A DNA stretch of 47,639 bases from positions 1-47,639 of the forward strand of contig CBFFRQ010000001.1 of assembly GCA_965644315.1 (NCBI GenBank). The letters run 5' to 3'. Position numbers and translations under genes: made by a program. The notes beneath the pieces are model-generated. The model was not told where the DNA came from and made no database searches. It was given only the letters and a program-made list of their open reading frames with translations. How positions within the stretch are numbered: position 1 is the first letter of the stretch; every line of letters begins with the position of its first letter. Below, piece by piece: positions 18,795 to 31,000 of this stretch. Source of the stretch: Caecitellus pseudoparvulus. Its lineage: Eukaryota; Protista; Bigyra: Bicosoecida.

Positions 18795-19994
18795 ATGTGG
18801 AAGCACGGCGGCGCCGCGTCCTTGCTGTCCGCGCAAGCGCATGACGAAGGCGTGTCCCAATTCGGCGCAGAGATCGCCGAGGCAGACCTCGCGCACCTGC
18901 AGCAGCAAGCAGAGGTGCTGCAGGACTCCCTGTCCAAGTTCGCGGCCAAGTACCGCAAGCAGATCAACGCAGATGCAGAGTTCAGGCGGCACTTCGCAGT
19001 GGCTTGTGCGGCTGCAGGTGTGGACCCTCTTGCCTCAAACAAGGCCTCTTGGGGGCGCCTCCTTGGCATGGGTGACTTCTACTTCGCCCTCGGCGTACAG
19101 GTGGTGGATGTGTGCATGGCTGCGCGGCAGACAACCGGAGCGCTGCTGCCCCTGCCCGAGGCTATGCACCGCCTGACTCGCCTGCGGGGCGCCCACGCGT
19201 CGCCAGTGACGGTGGATGACGTGCAGCGTGCTCTGGAAGCTCTCGCACCCCTGGGCCAAGGCATCACCCTCACCACCCTGGCTGGCAAGCAGTACCTGGT
19301 GGGCACCCAGCAAGGCCTGTCGCAGGACACCGCCACTGTGCTGGACCTGGCGCTCCAGCGCGGCGCCGGGGTCGCAGACGGCGCCGTGACTCTGCCGCCC
19401 ACGCCCTCCCTCACCAGCTGCCCAGCCCGCCTCACTGCCGCCGACGTGACGTCAGCGTTGGGCTGGACAGCGGCCCGTGCCCGCAGTGCACTCGTGGCAC
19501 TGCTGGAGGAGGAACTGGCATGGTTGGACCTCACCATAGCGCCCTCGGGGCAGCGTCTGGAGGTGTACTGGTTCCCAGGCCTGCAACCCGCGGCAGCACC
19601 AAGCGCCACGAACCCACCACCAGTTGCCTCACACACCCCTCACAGCCTTCCTTCCAGCACCGCAGCAGCTGATGAGGATGAGGACGCCGAGGCCACGCCG
19701 GCCCTGGCCAGCCCTGCGTCCCTACCTCCTGGCTCACAAGCGGGCGCTGGTGCGTTGAGCCCTGCGTTGCCGGCGGCACCAGCCTCGGCAGCGGCAGGTG
19801 GCACACACGCCCCCGCCACCGCCCCCACACCACCTACCGCGCCAACATCACCAGCACCGTCAGGAGGCACAGCCCCCCCTCCGGCTCGCAGCATGGGGGG
19901 CCTTACCTCCCTTCTGCAGAGCGGCGACATTGACTTGGCAGCCATGCGAGCCAAGAAGCTTGCAGCCATGCAGCGTGGGGGGCGGGGATGGTGA
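18795..19994 (+). CDS. SNF8: ESCRT-II subunit Vps22/SNF8 (EAP30) with a C-terminal extension
   Basis: Signature FAAKYRKQI...FRRHF...GVDPLASNK..W..LLGMGDFYFALGVQVVDVC, LGWT..RA, WLD and YWFP. Confidence 0.93.
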   Translation: MWKHGGAASLLSAQAHDEGVSQFGAEIAEADLAHLQQQAEVLQDSLSKFAAKYRKQINADAEFRRHFAVACAAAGVDPLASNKASWGRLLGMGDFYFALGVQVVDVCMAARQTTGALLPLPEAMHRLTRLRGAHASPVTVDDVQRALEALAPLGQGITLTTLAGKQYLVGTQQGLSQDTATVLDLALQRGAGVADGAVTLPPTPSLTSCPARLTAADVTSALGWTAARARSALVALLEEELAWLDLTIAPSGQRLEVYWFPGLQPAAAPSATNPPPVASHTPHSLPSSTAAADEDEDAEATPALASPASLPPGSQAGAGALSPALPAAPASAAAGGTHAPATAPTPPTAPTSPAPSGGTAPPPARSMGGLTSLLQSGDIDLAAMRAKKLAAMQRGGRGW

Positions 19995-20445
19995 GCAGAA
20001 AGCACACTTTCCAAACCAACACCATGGCGCAGCTATTTTACAAGAAGGTAGGCGTGGTATGCGTGGCTGGCCAGCTCCGCGCTGCGTTGCCGCGTTGCTG
20101 CGTTGCAAGGTCGAGGCGGTTTTCTCAGCTGTGGCGGTCACAGCAGCTCGAGGCTTGGAGCGTTGCGAAGCCCTCTGCACCACACTGCATGATGGTGCTT
20201 GTTGTTTTCTTTGCATCGCGCGCAAAGCCTTGCGACTTGGAAACGCAATTGCTTCTCATGTGCGCTGCAAGGGATAGGCTGGACTCAGCGACTGAGCGGC
20301 ACAGAACCCCCGCGCTGCAACTTTGCCAGCCTCCGGATCAATGCAGCACTCCCCCAAGGGAAGGCCGTTGATAGACCACACTTTCTGGAGGCGTTACGTC
20401 ACCCAGACGAGTCCCACCGCGGCGCTCGCAGGCGCTGATTGAGCC

Positions 20446-21801
20446 ATGGCCGCTCCAAGCAGTGAGGCGAGCGTGGTGGAAGATATTGGCCAGCAAGTGC
20501 AGGCCGCCGCAACAGCCGGCGCTGCGAGTGTACAGGCCCCAGGGTATCATTTGTGGCTGCCTGCGCGCCCCACTGCGGCCAGCGTGCACGTGGAGCGGCT
20601 GGCAGCGAATCTCCAGACGGTGCTGCCCGACACCGAAATCCGCACCACGTGCGTGCTGCAAAGCGCATCTTCGGCCCAGTCACGTGGTGGGAGATGCACA
20701 CAATGCTGAGCAAGTAAAGTGACTTGAGCGATGCCCTTTTCTATGCAGGAAAGTTGAACCGGACAAGGAAGACGAGGTGCTGGCCGAAGTTGCACAGCGA
20801 CACAGGTCCGCGTTTCCCTCGCGTTTTGCCCGCCGCGATTCCGCGCACAGCGACGCACCCCCTCGCTTCTCAGTGTGCCGAGGGACACCGTTTCCTTGCC
20901 GTACATCGTCACTCTGGCGGGGATTGCAGTGGGACCCGAGTGGGCCTTTGTGGAAGAGGTGCGCAGCGTCCTGGCCAGAATTCCCACCTGGCCCCTGCAA
21001 CCCCTCCCCCCCCGCGTCCCACGAGCGCAGGTGAACTCTTCGTTCGGGATCACGTGTGACTGGACGCCTGAGTACATTCGCGCCGTGGCTGCTGCTGAAG
21101 GTGACAGCTTGGCGCTGGAGCAGTCGCGGGCAGACACGGCAGCCCTGCTGCGGGGCGGGCCACGGGCGCTCATCATCGTGGATGTGCAGAACGACTTCTG
21201 CGAGGGGGGGTCGTTGGCAGTGCCAGATGGCGACGCGGTGCTGCCCGTCATCAACCGCCTGCGAGCTCAGGGCCAGTGGGAGCTGGTCGTCACCACGCAG
21301 GATTGGCACCCGCCCAACCACAAATCCTTCGCGAGCAACAACCCCGGTGCTGAGCTCTTCTCCGTCGTGACGCTGCCCATTGTGGGGGAGCAGGTCATGT
21401 GGCCGGACCACTGTGTGCAAGGCAGCGTGGGAGCGGAATTTCACCCCGACCTGACCGTGGCCGATTCCGACGTCGTTGTGCGCAAGGGCACTGTGCCGGA
21501 GATCGACAGCTACTCGGGTTTCGGAGACGCCCTGGGCCACACCCATGAAAAGACAGAGCTGCAAGCTGTGCTGGAGGGCGCTGGCGTCACAGATGTCTTT
21601 GTTGTCGGCCTTGCACAGGAGTTCTGCGTTGCGTTCACAGCGCGTGACGCGGCGGCAGCAGGCTTCAACACTTTCTTCGTGGAGGACGCGACACGGGGCA
21701 TCACGCAGGATGGCGTGGATGCTGAGATGCAGCGTGTGCGGGACGCTGGTGTGCACGTCATTCCGTCCTCCGCCGTGCCGGTTGCCAAGGCCTCCGGGTG
21801 A
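20446..21801 (+). CDS. PNC1: Nicotinamidase/pyrazinamidase (isochorismatase family) with an extra N-terminal domain; introns about 20649-20748, 20806-20873 and probably 20959-21030
   Basis: ALIIVDVQNDFCEGGSLAV, TQDWHP..H.SFAS, WPDHCVQG, VRKG...DSYSGF and GLAQEFCV give the catalytic D/K/C and metal ligands. The upstream exons splice in phase. Confidence 0.92.
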
Positions 21802-22079
21802 GGCTGAGCACCACAAGGGGCAGGTGGCGGGGGTGGGAGGCCGGAAAACCTTGCATTGGCATCTACCATGCATTCGAAGTCCTTGGCAGGGGTGCACTTG
21901 CACCGTGACGACGCCGCAGCCGGCTGCGGTGCGCATGCCTCAAACGCAGCACTGCAGCGCAGCACGCCACGGCACTGCCAGGCACCCGTGTACAATTCAA
22001 TCACCCACTCACCACACCTCAACTTCAGCCCTTTCGGGACCCACCTCTGTGCCCCCTGACCGTACCGCCCCCATCCGCT

Positions 22080-23729
22080 ATGGCTGCCGAGCAACCCTCT
22101 GCCGTGGTGACTGGCCCGGCCCAGTGGCCCAAGGCAGCCGTGCTGGCCGCGTGTGCGGCTGCAGGCACGCCAGCCACTTCCACGGCTGGAGACGGTGAGC
22201 TTGTGCTGGAGGTGGGCGGCAACTCCCACGAGGGCCTCAAGGCGGCCCTGGCCGCGTGTGCGGGAGCTGCCGCCGCCGGCAGCGATGCACAGAAGGTGCG
22301 AATTTCCGCGGCGCAGCCGCCCGCGCCCAGGCCACGAGAGCTGCACTGCCACACCCACACCTTGACCCCCTACAGGTTACCGAGTTCATTGACCTTGCTG
22401 CGGGCGTCCTGAACGAGGACCTCAGCTTCCACGCTGCTGTGGGCAGCCACGCCGCTCTCCTGCGGACTTTGGCGAACATGGGCGTGTCGGGCAACGCCAC
22501 GCAGCTGGCTGTGAAGAAGGCCTTTGCGCCCAGCGCAGAGCTGACTGCGGCACTGACCACCATTGAGGATGCCCTGGCCAGCACGCCTTTCTTGGCAGGC
22601 GACAGCGCCTCTGCGGCTGACTTCGCAGTTGGCGCGGCACTGTACGAGGCAGTGGCTCTGCTCGGCCCGGCGACGTTTCTGGGAGAGCGGCCCCACACTG
22701 CCGCCTGGCTGAACGGCCTTGCGTGTGGAGCTCTGGGGGCGGCCTTTGCGCAGCTGGACTGCTCACTGGGCGGCTGGGTGCGCGAGGGTGGCCAGGTGGA
22801 CAAGCGCCCAGACCCCGTCAAGACTGGCGCGGCGGCCGATGCTTCCATCGCCCTGAACGCCGGGTACAAGAAGGCCGCCAATCAGCGGCAGAAGGAGCGT
22901 GCCTCCAAGAAGGAGGCGGCCTCTGCGCCCCCTTCAGCGCCCGTCGCTGCTGCCGCCTCAGGGGGCAGTGCAGAGGGCGGTAACCCTCATGGCGTGGTGG
23001 CCACGCCGGAACAGCGCTCAGCGAACGCCGAGGGTGTTCCGACTGCCCCTGACGGCATCGGCAGGGTGCAGACGGAGCTGGAGAAGTGGTCCGTGCCCAT
23101 CACAGGCCCCTTCAGCCATGCTGCCGCTGACGATGTGAGTTGCTCGCCTGCCACCAAGCTCGCTGTGCACGCCAACCCCCCCCCCCCCGCCACACTTCCC
23201 TACCCTCCTTTGCAACACACAGGTGGCAAAGTATGTGGAGGTGGCAGCTGAGTTCGGAGGGGTGCCTTGCAAGAACTTGTTCGTGAAGGCCAAGAAGGCC
23301 AAGGCGTGAGTGCAGCGTGGCGCGTTTCATGTGCAGACGCCACAACGCACGATCCCCCCCCCCTGGCTGCTCAGGGAAGGCGACTCCCGCATGTGGCTGG
23401 TCATCCTGCGCCACGACACCAACCTGAACATGAAGGCGCTGGCGACTCAGCTGGGGTACGGCAAGACCGTGGTGCGTTTCGGGGACGCCAAGACGCTGCT
23501 GGCGGAGCTGGGCAGCGCCAAGGGTCACGTATCGCCCTTCGCCCTCATGAACGACACTGCGCTGCGCGTGAACGTGGCCCTGGACGAGGCCATCGTGGGT
23601 GCTGGCGCAGAGGAGACGTTTCTGTTCCACCCCTTCAACAATGAGGCGTCTGTGGGGCTGAAGGGGGCGCACCTGCCCACGGTGGTGGAGCGCACGGGGC
23701 ACAGGTGGGTGACTGTGCAGGGGGAGTGA
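22080..23729 (+). CDS. GST-like domain fused to a YbaK/ProX (ProXp-ala-like) aminoacyl-tRNA deacylase domain, 4 exons
   Basis: GST_C-like IEDALASTPFLAGDSASAADF...PHTAAW. ProX motifs CKNLF, GHVSPFALMND and FHPFNN. Phase-compatible introns near 22296-22375, 23135-23222 and 23306-23373. Confidence 0.85.
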
Positions 23730-23775
23730 CGTGTGCGGCGGGTCACGCCACCCGGGCGGAGTCACCTGTGGCTGC

Positions 23776-23783
23776 AATGCATT
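23776..23783. promoter_or_regulatory. Palindromic AATGCATT, candidate shared 3'-end signal
   Basis: Lies in the 69-bp gap between the convergent GST-ProX and HSD17B10 stops. Confidence 0.5.
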
Positions 23784-23798
23784 CCGCCCACGGCACCC

Positions 23799-24778
23799 TC
23801 AGGCAGACATGCGCAGAGCGCCGTCGAGGCGAATGACCTCCCCGTTCAGGTAGGGGTTGGAGATGATGCTCTCCACGAGGCTGGCGTAATACTCGGGGTT
23901 GCCTAGGCGAGTGGGGAAGGGCACTGTCGCGGCCAGATCGTGCTGCACCTTGTCCGGCAGGCCGGCCATCATGGGCGTGCGGAACAGCCCTGGCGCGATG
24001 GTGTTCACCCGCACACCCGACTTGGCCAGCTCCCGCGCAGCAGGCAGCATGAGGCCGACGACACCGCCCTTGGAGGCAGAGTAGGCACTCTGGCCCACCT
24101 GGCCCTCGAAAGCGGCAATGCTGTGGATGCAGGGCGGGTGAGGATGTCCAAGTGCGGCGTGCGGGGTGGACACAGGCGTCCCTACCTGGCCGTGTTGATG
24201 ATGACGCCACGCTCCTCGTGGTCCCCCCTCTGCAGGGGCTCCTGCGACACCATCTGCTCCGCAGCCAGGCGCAGGACGTTGAAGGTGCCGATCAAGTTCA
24301 CTTGCACCACCTGGGAGAGCACAGGTTCAGAGGGCAGGCCGGGTGTGGCGGTGCTGGGCCAGCTGCAGGTACTGCGCCAGCCAGCGCACCTTGGCAAACA
24401 AGTCCAGGTCATGAGCGCCCTTCTTCCCGACAATCTTGGCGGGCGGGGCGATCCCGGCACATTGCACGACAGTGTTCAGCGTGCCATACTGGGAGACAGC
24501 AGTCTGGATGGCGGCCTTGACCTGCGAAACCAAGCCAGCAGAGTGCGGAAGTTGAGCGCCGTCCCTGCCTCGAGACCACGCACGTCATCGGCACTCGTGA
24601 TGTCTGCAGGCGCGAACGCTGCCTGGGACCCCAGCTCCTTGGCCACTGCTTCTCCATTGCTGCTGGGCAGGTCGACAATGACGGCTGCGCCACCCTGCTG
24701 CACAATGCGCTTGGCAGCGGCGTGGCCGAGGCCAGAGGCCGCGCCGGTGATGAGAGCCACACGGCCAGAGAGGGACAT
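23799..24778 (-). CDS. HSD17B10: 3-hydroxyacyl-CoA dehydrogenase type 2 (HSD17B10/SDR5C1), 4 exons
   Basis: [66 protein letters not shown] and [17 protein letters not shown]. Confidence 0.95.
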
Positions 24779-25059
24779 CGCGGCTGACGGAGAGGACAGA
24801 GGCGGTCGAAAAACCAGGCTGTGATTCGCTGGCCGGGGAATAGCACCGAGTTTCATGTAGTAGCCGGAATCCACAAGTGCGGGCCAGAAGCCGAGCCAGG
24901 ACCACAACAGCTGCAATGAAAAACCATGGCCAAATCTCGAAGAGGGGCGCCCAAGTAGCGCATAGAAAGAGCCCACATTCCAAGTGCCTGCCGCCACTTT
25001 CACCTTCCTTGCTGTTTGCGGAATTTCGCTGGTCTCGACGCGGGGAGGGAGCACCAGCC

Positions 25060-28000
25060 ATGGCAGCGGCAGGCGCCACTGCCGCACCAGCCCTGCGCGT
25101 GCTGCAAGCACTGTGGAGTGATGGCAACAAGCCACGGTGCAGGGTTCACCTGCCAGACACCATTCTCATGCAGCTTGTGGGTGCGCTGGCTTTGCACTGC
25201 AGTGGAGCGCAAGGCACTCCGTTTCCTGGCCAACGCAGGATGTAAACGGCACTGCCAGAGTGCAGCGCTGGCTGGCCGTGAACAAAGCGGGGGCAGTCAT
25301 GAAGCGAAAAGATGAACAGGTCACACTTGGAAAGATGCGCCACCGGTTCATGAAAGGGGTGTCGCCGGGAACGGCTGTGGTGAGCTTGCCAGAGTCAACG
25401 AAAGGTCGTGCATGTGCCCACGCCCACGCCCCGCTGCCACGCACAGGCGGCGGTGCTGTTCCTAGCGGATGGCAATGCGGTGGCGGTGGATGGACAAGGA
25501 TTGGATGCCGTATTCAAACAGCTGCACACAGGGGCGCTGCGCGGAGTTGGGGCAGTGCAGGTGAGACAAGCGCCCGGCAGGCGCTGCCCCTACGCTCTCA
25601 CAGGCATTCCTCGAACCCTGTGCAGACACGCACCCAGCCACAATCATCCTCAACACCATTCAAGCACGAGTGGATTGTCACTGGATCCAATGAGGTGGGT
25701 TGGCCGCCTGACTGTGCTCGGTGCCGTCCGCACCTCGTTTCCTCGGTCCCTGCAGAGCTCCACGGTGCAGCCTCTTCATGGGGCAGGCGTGACGCGGAAG
25801 GCCCAATCCGCGATTTCCTCTGCAGCAAAGCGTCTCATCGTCTTCTTGGAGGGCAGGTGGAAGGCGCGCATCGTGTCCTGTGACACCGAGTGGGCAGTTG
25901 ACCCAGCAGGCAGCCCTTGGCTGCTGGGCGTCACGGCGCTGCGAGTAGAAGGTGAACAGGACGTTGCCCCCATGCCAGGCATCCGCACAGACTTGCCCAC
26001 ACTGCACGACGGTCCCAAGACCACTGGGCACATTGACCTCCTCGCGCAGCCCCGGGAGCACCTAGGCCCAGCCACCCTGGATGACTCGTCGTTGAAGGTA
26101 GGCTCAGGCTTTGGCAGTGTGCCAGAGGGTGCTGACGCCCTCCCCCTGCCCAGAAAGTTGTTCTCCAACCCTGGAGATAATACCGCTTGGCCTGCGCATG
26201 AGAGCAAGGAGGCTGTGCCTGCTGCCTCGTACACGGAGCCTGGCAAGTCCGCGGAGATGGAGGTGGTGGTAGAGAAGCTGAAAGGCAAGCTGAGGAAGAC
26301 CCGGGCAGAGCTGAGCGGCGAGCAGGACAATGCTCGCCAGCTACAAGCCTCGCTTGCTGCGGCGAAGCGAGAGCTGGTGGCTGCGGAGGCACAAATCTCG
26401 ACGCTCACATCATCGCAAGGGAATGTGAACGAGGACTTGCTGCAGTCGGTCGGCACTCTCACCAAGCGATTGGAAGAGGCCAGGCTTGAGACGACTGAAG
26501 CAAAACAGCGGGCTGTAGATGAGCTGCAGCATGCCCATCGACAAGAGCTACTGGGGATGAAGGCTGCCTTTGATGAGCTGGAAGACACCATGGCCACGCT
26601 GAGAGTGAACCTCGGCAGCGCTACACAGGATCTGGCCCAAGCCAGACGAGCAGAGGCAGCTGCGAAAAGCCATGCAGACCGCCTGGAAGTGGAGAACGCC
26701 CGCCTCATCGCCGAGGTCAAGGCACGCGTGCGATCATCGGCCGGGCTGCCTGAAACTGGTGAGCGGGGGGAGGAAGGGGCCTCCCCTGAACTGCGCAAAG
26801 CTCAGCTTGAGCTGGAACGGGCCAACGAGCTGCTTCACATGGAGCGCGCCACCAAGCAAGAACTCGCCCAGCGGCTTGCTGGTGTTGAAGAGGAGTTCCG
26901 GCAGGAGCGCAGGAGGCTGAAGGGGCAACTGCTGCAACGGGAAGACGACGCCCTGGCGTCCACACGTGCCCCAGCCGTTCTCGTGGCAGGCGGCGGACTG
27001 CAGGGGGCAGAGGCAGACTTGGGACGGGCCCGGGCTGAAAACAAGTCCCTGCAGTCCCAGCTGAGCTTGGCGGAATCAGAGCAGAGGCGGCTGCAGCAGG
27101 AAGTCGCGGCAGGCCAAGCGGACCTGCGCATCGCCAACGCAAGGCTGGAGGACGCCAAGCGTGAAGCTGAGAGCTACCGACACAGTGCAGGGGCTGCTGG
27201 TCCCGTGAAAGAGGCACTCGTTGCAGAGAACCGGGCCTTGCGTGCAGAAATGGAGGTCTTGCGTGCTGGAAGCGTGGGGGCAGCGCGGGGCGACTCGCCT
27301 GCGTCAGCCAGTTCCATGGCCACTGTGCGCCGACTGGAAAAGGAGCTCTCTGCCGCCCGCGAGCAACTGGCTGACACAGAGGGGCGACTGGAGGGATTCA
27401 AAGCCAACCTCACCAGCGCCACGGACGCCAACGCCAAGCTCAGGGCAGACTTCGAGGAGGAGCGGCAGAGAAGCGAGCAGAAGCACGCAGCGGACCTTGC
27501 TGCTGCACAGCGCCAGGCTGAAGAGGCCGGCAGCGCTGACACTTCGTCACTGGAGGCCTTCCGTGCCGAGTGCCAACGCAAACTCGAGAGTGTCCAAGCC
27601 AGCAGCGACGCCGCCAGAGTGGCATTTGAGCGCCAACTCGCGGAGCTGCAGGAGGCACACGCGAAAGCAATCGCGGCGGTGGAGGCGCGGCAAGCAGAGC
27701 AAGCCACCGATAGCAGTCCATCAGCCACCCCAGAAGCCACAGACTCGCCCGTGTCAGTGAGATCCTCCAAGGCGCGGCTGCTGTCGCTTCTGCGGGAACA
27801 AGAGCGCCAGGTTCGTGTGCTGGCGGCTGAGAAGGCCCATGCTCTTGCCTCCCAAGCCACTGTGAAGGAGGAAGCTGCCCGACAGGTTGCCCGTCTGCGG
27901 GTGAACGCAGGGAGCGACATGCAACGCGCACGGGCAGCCGCTGAAGCCTCCACAGCGGCCGCCTTGAGCCAGCTTGACGCGCTGTGGAAGCGCAGGTATG

Positions 28001-31000
28001 AGGGTGTGCTGGAGGAAGCTCGCAAGGCACGGGCCCTGGAACGAGAGCTGCAGCAAGCACTGCATGACAAGGAGCGCACAGAGACGCATGCCGCCAGCTT
28101 AAGCAGTCAGCTACAGGAAGCTCGTGCGCTTGTGGAGCGGGTCACTGCTGATGCCAAGGAGGAGGTGGCTCGAGAAGTGCGGCAAGCAGTGGCCGACGCG
28201 ACCAGAAGCGCCGCGCAAGACCGGGATGACGCAGTGGCAGAAGCCCTCGCGCAGTCGCATGCTGAGACTCAGCGCATGGCCCGAAGCATTGACGCGAAGC
28301 GCGGGCAAGCGGACATTCCAACCATTGTAGCCACAGCACGGGCGGAAGCCGAGCAGCGAGCTTCTGCCAGAGTGCAAGCACAGCTGACTGCCATGCAGGA
28401 GGAGCGCATCCGACTGCTGACGAGCCTTGACGCCAAATCCCAGGCGTTAAACACGCTGTCTGCAGAGCTCAGGAGTGCTGTAGCCAGCGCAGCTGTTGAA
28501 CGTGAGAAGGCGGTGGACATGGCACGCGCCGAGGAGCGCGCACACCTGGCGGAGCGCATTCAACACGACGTTCGGAAGGTGTTGCAGGAGGCCGAAGACG
28601 CGAGAGCTGCTCTGGAGCAAGAATTTGAAGACAGAATAGCGGCACGGGAAGCTGCAGTGAGGGCTCAGCTGCGCGCTGAAGCAGACAAACGCGTGCAGCG
28701 AGCTGAGGAGACCCTGAAGTCCGTTCACGCAATCGCGCTGGATGCCCTCGAGGCACGCCACCAAGACCAGCTGCACCAAGCATCACAAACCGCCAAGCCG
28801 GCAGTTGACCAAGATGGAAAGGGGGCACCCACCGGGGACTCAAACCCGTCGGCCGTGGAAGCTCTTGCTGAGGCAGAGGCCCGGGAAGCGTCGCTTCGGG
28901 TGACGCTAGCGCATACAAGGGAAGAGCTGCGCAGCACCCGAACCGAACTCCGACAGGAACTTGCGACAGCCCGTGCAGACCATGCTGCCACAGTGCAAGA
29001 ACTGCAGCTCCAGTTGCGGCAAGCTGAGGAGCTAGCCGGCGCTGAGGGTAGCGCAGGCGGCTCCTCAGCTGGCGACACAGACAGCGCCCAGGCGGCAAAA
29101 GCGCGCCAGCAAGCCTTCGAAGAGGCACGCGCACACGCAAGCAAGTCCATCGAAGCGATGCGAGGGCAGTTCCAGCAGCAGCTGGCAGACTTGAAGGCTG
29201 CATATGACAGCACTGCAGCACGAGTTATGGAGGACGCTGAAAATGTCGTGGAGGTGGCGCGACAGACAGCCGCATCGGATCGACAGAGACTGCTGCAGAC
29301 TGTGGACGCGCACTCGGGTCCATCTGCCGCAGCTGCGTCGGTCCGTGCAGCAGCAGAAGCGGAGGCGCTGCGAGGTGAAATTGCTAGGTTGAAGGGCAAC
29401 CTTGTCGAGGCCAAGGAGCGCGAAGCAGCTGCTCTGAGAGGGGCATGGGACACAGAACAGTCTGTGAAAGAAGAGATCGCTGCCCGGGAAGCGGCAGTGC
29501 GGTCGTCTCTCGAAGAACGCCTCGCATCCTCTGAGCGCCGCTTTGGCCAGCGCCTGCAGGAGGCACGTGCAGCGGCTGATCAAGCCACGGAGCGTCTCAG
29601 AGAGGCTCAGCGAGAGGTGTCAGCTACGCGGTCTTCTCTGGATGGGTGCAAGGCCCAGATGGAAGCGCTGCAAGCGGAGGTGGGGCGCTTGCAGCAGGCC
29701 GCTGAGCTGGCGCAAGCTGAGGCAAAGGCGTCGGCCCGGGCGCGAGCAGAGGCAGAGCGACAGGAGAAGCAGAAAACTACACAGCAGCTGCAACAGTTGG
29801 AGGACTCCATGGCTGAAAAGCAGCGTGAGTGGGAGGAGGAGCGCAGGCGGCTGCAAGACGCGAACGCCCGCGATCGAGCCATGCTGCTGCAATCCGCGCA
29901 AGAGGAGGGCAAGATGAATGAGGCCCAGCGCCGTGCACTGCAGAGCCAGCTTGTGAGCGAGGCGGAGCAGCGAATCAGCGAGCTACGAGATCGGTACGAT
30001 GCTCAGATCCGAGAGATGCAGAGCGAGCACGACGCCAAGCTTGTGGGCCTCATGGACAAACACACTGCAGCCAGCAAGGCGCTCAAACGTGAATTCGAGG
30101 CACGTCTCAGCGAGGAGGTCCAAGCTGCCGTGCAAGACGCACGTCAGGAGATGCGCGAGGCAGAGCAGTCCCGTGTCGCGGCACTGGAGGCACGCGTTCG
30201 TAGGGACATGGACGAGGCAGCTGCTTCGGCGAAGGCTGCACAGCAGGCGGCGCTGCAGGCTTTGGAGCAGGAGCACCAGGCGAATCTACAAAAGGTGCGC
30301 GCTGGGCACGAGAAGGAACTGCAAGACCTCACCGCAGAGCATGAAGCCTCCATGGCCCGTGCCGCCCAGGCGTCTGCCGCCATCATGGAGGAGGCGAAGC
30401 AACGGCAGGCTGCCGCTCTGGACGAGGTGTCTCGGCAGGTGCACGTCGCGGAGCAGGAGATGAAGGAGTCTCTCGAAGCCGAGAAGGCTGTGGCAGTCCG
30501 CGAAGCTGTGTCCGATGCACTGCAGCGAGCAGCGAGGGAAGCCGGGGGAAAGCACGCGGAAATGGCGCGCCTGTTGCAGGAAGCGCGGGATGAGGCGACG
30601 AGGCTGGAAAAGCGGGTGGAAAGCGACCAGCTCGCCTTTGCATCGCAGCTGAAGGACGCGAAGCAGGGTCAGCTGCGCGCACAGTTGGACATTGAGCGCA
30701 GTCGCATGGAAACGGAAGATGCTCTCGCCGTCATCCAGCGCCTGGACCCTGCTGCAGTGCAAGCACGCATAGCAGAGGCCGCTGCCCAGGCTGAGGCGTT
30801 CCTGGCTGATGGGCTGGAGTCAGCGCGAGCAGCCATGCAAGCCGAGCTGGACAAGCGAGCGGCCGATATGCAAGAGCACAGTCGGCGCCAAGCGGACACC
30901 TTCTCCTCGCAGCGCGAAGAGTGGGTTGCCGAGCGAGAGGCGCTCAGGGCAGCCCGCGACGCGGCGGAGCAGCTGGCAAGGGACGCTGAAGCTGAGCGAG

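Noticed and set aside
20680-21936. 418-aa minus-strand ORF
   Set aside because: Shadow of the clearly conserved nicotinamidase on the plus strand.
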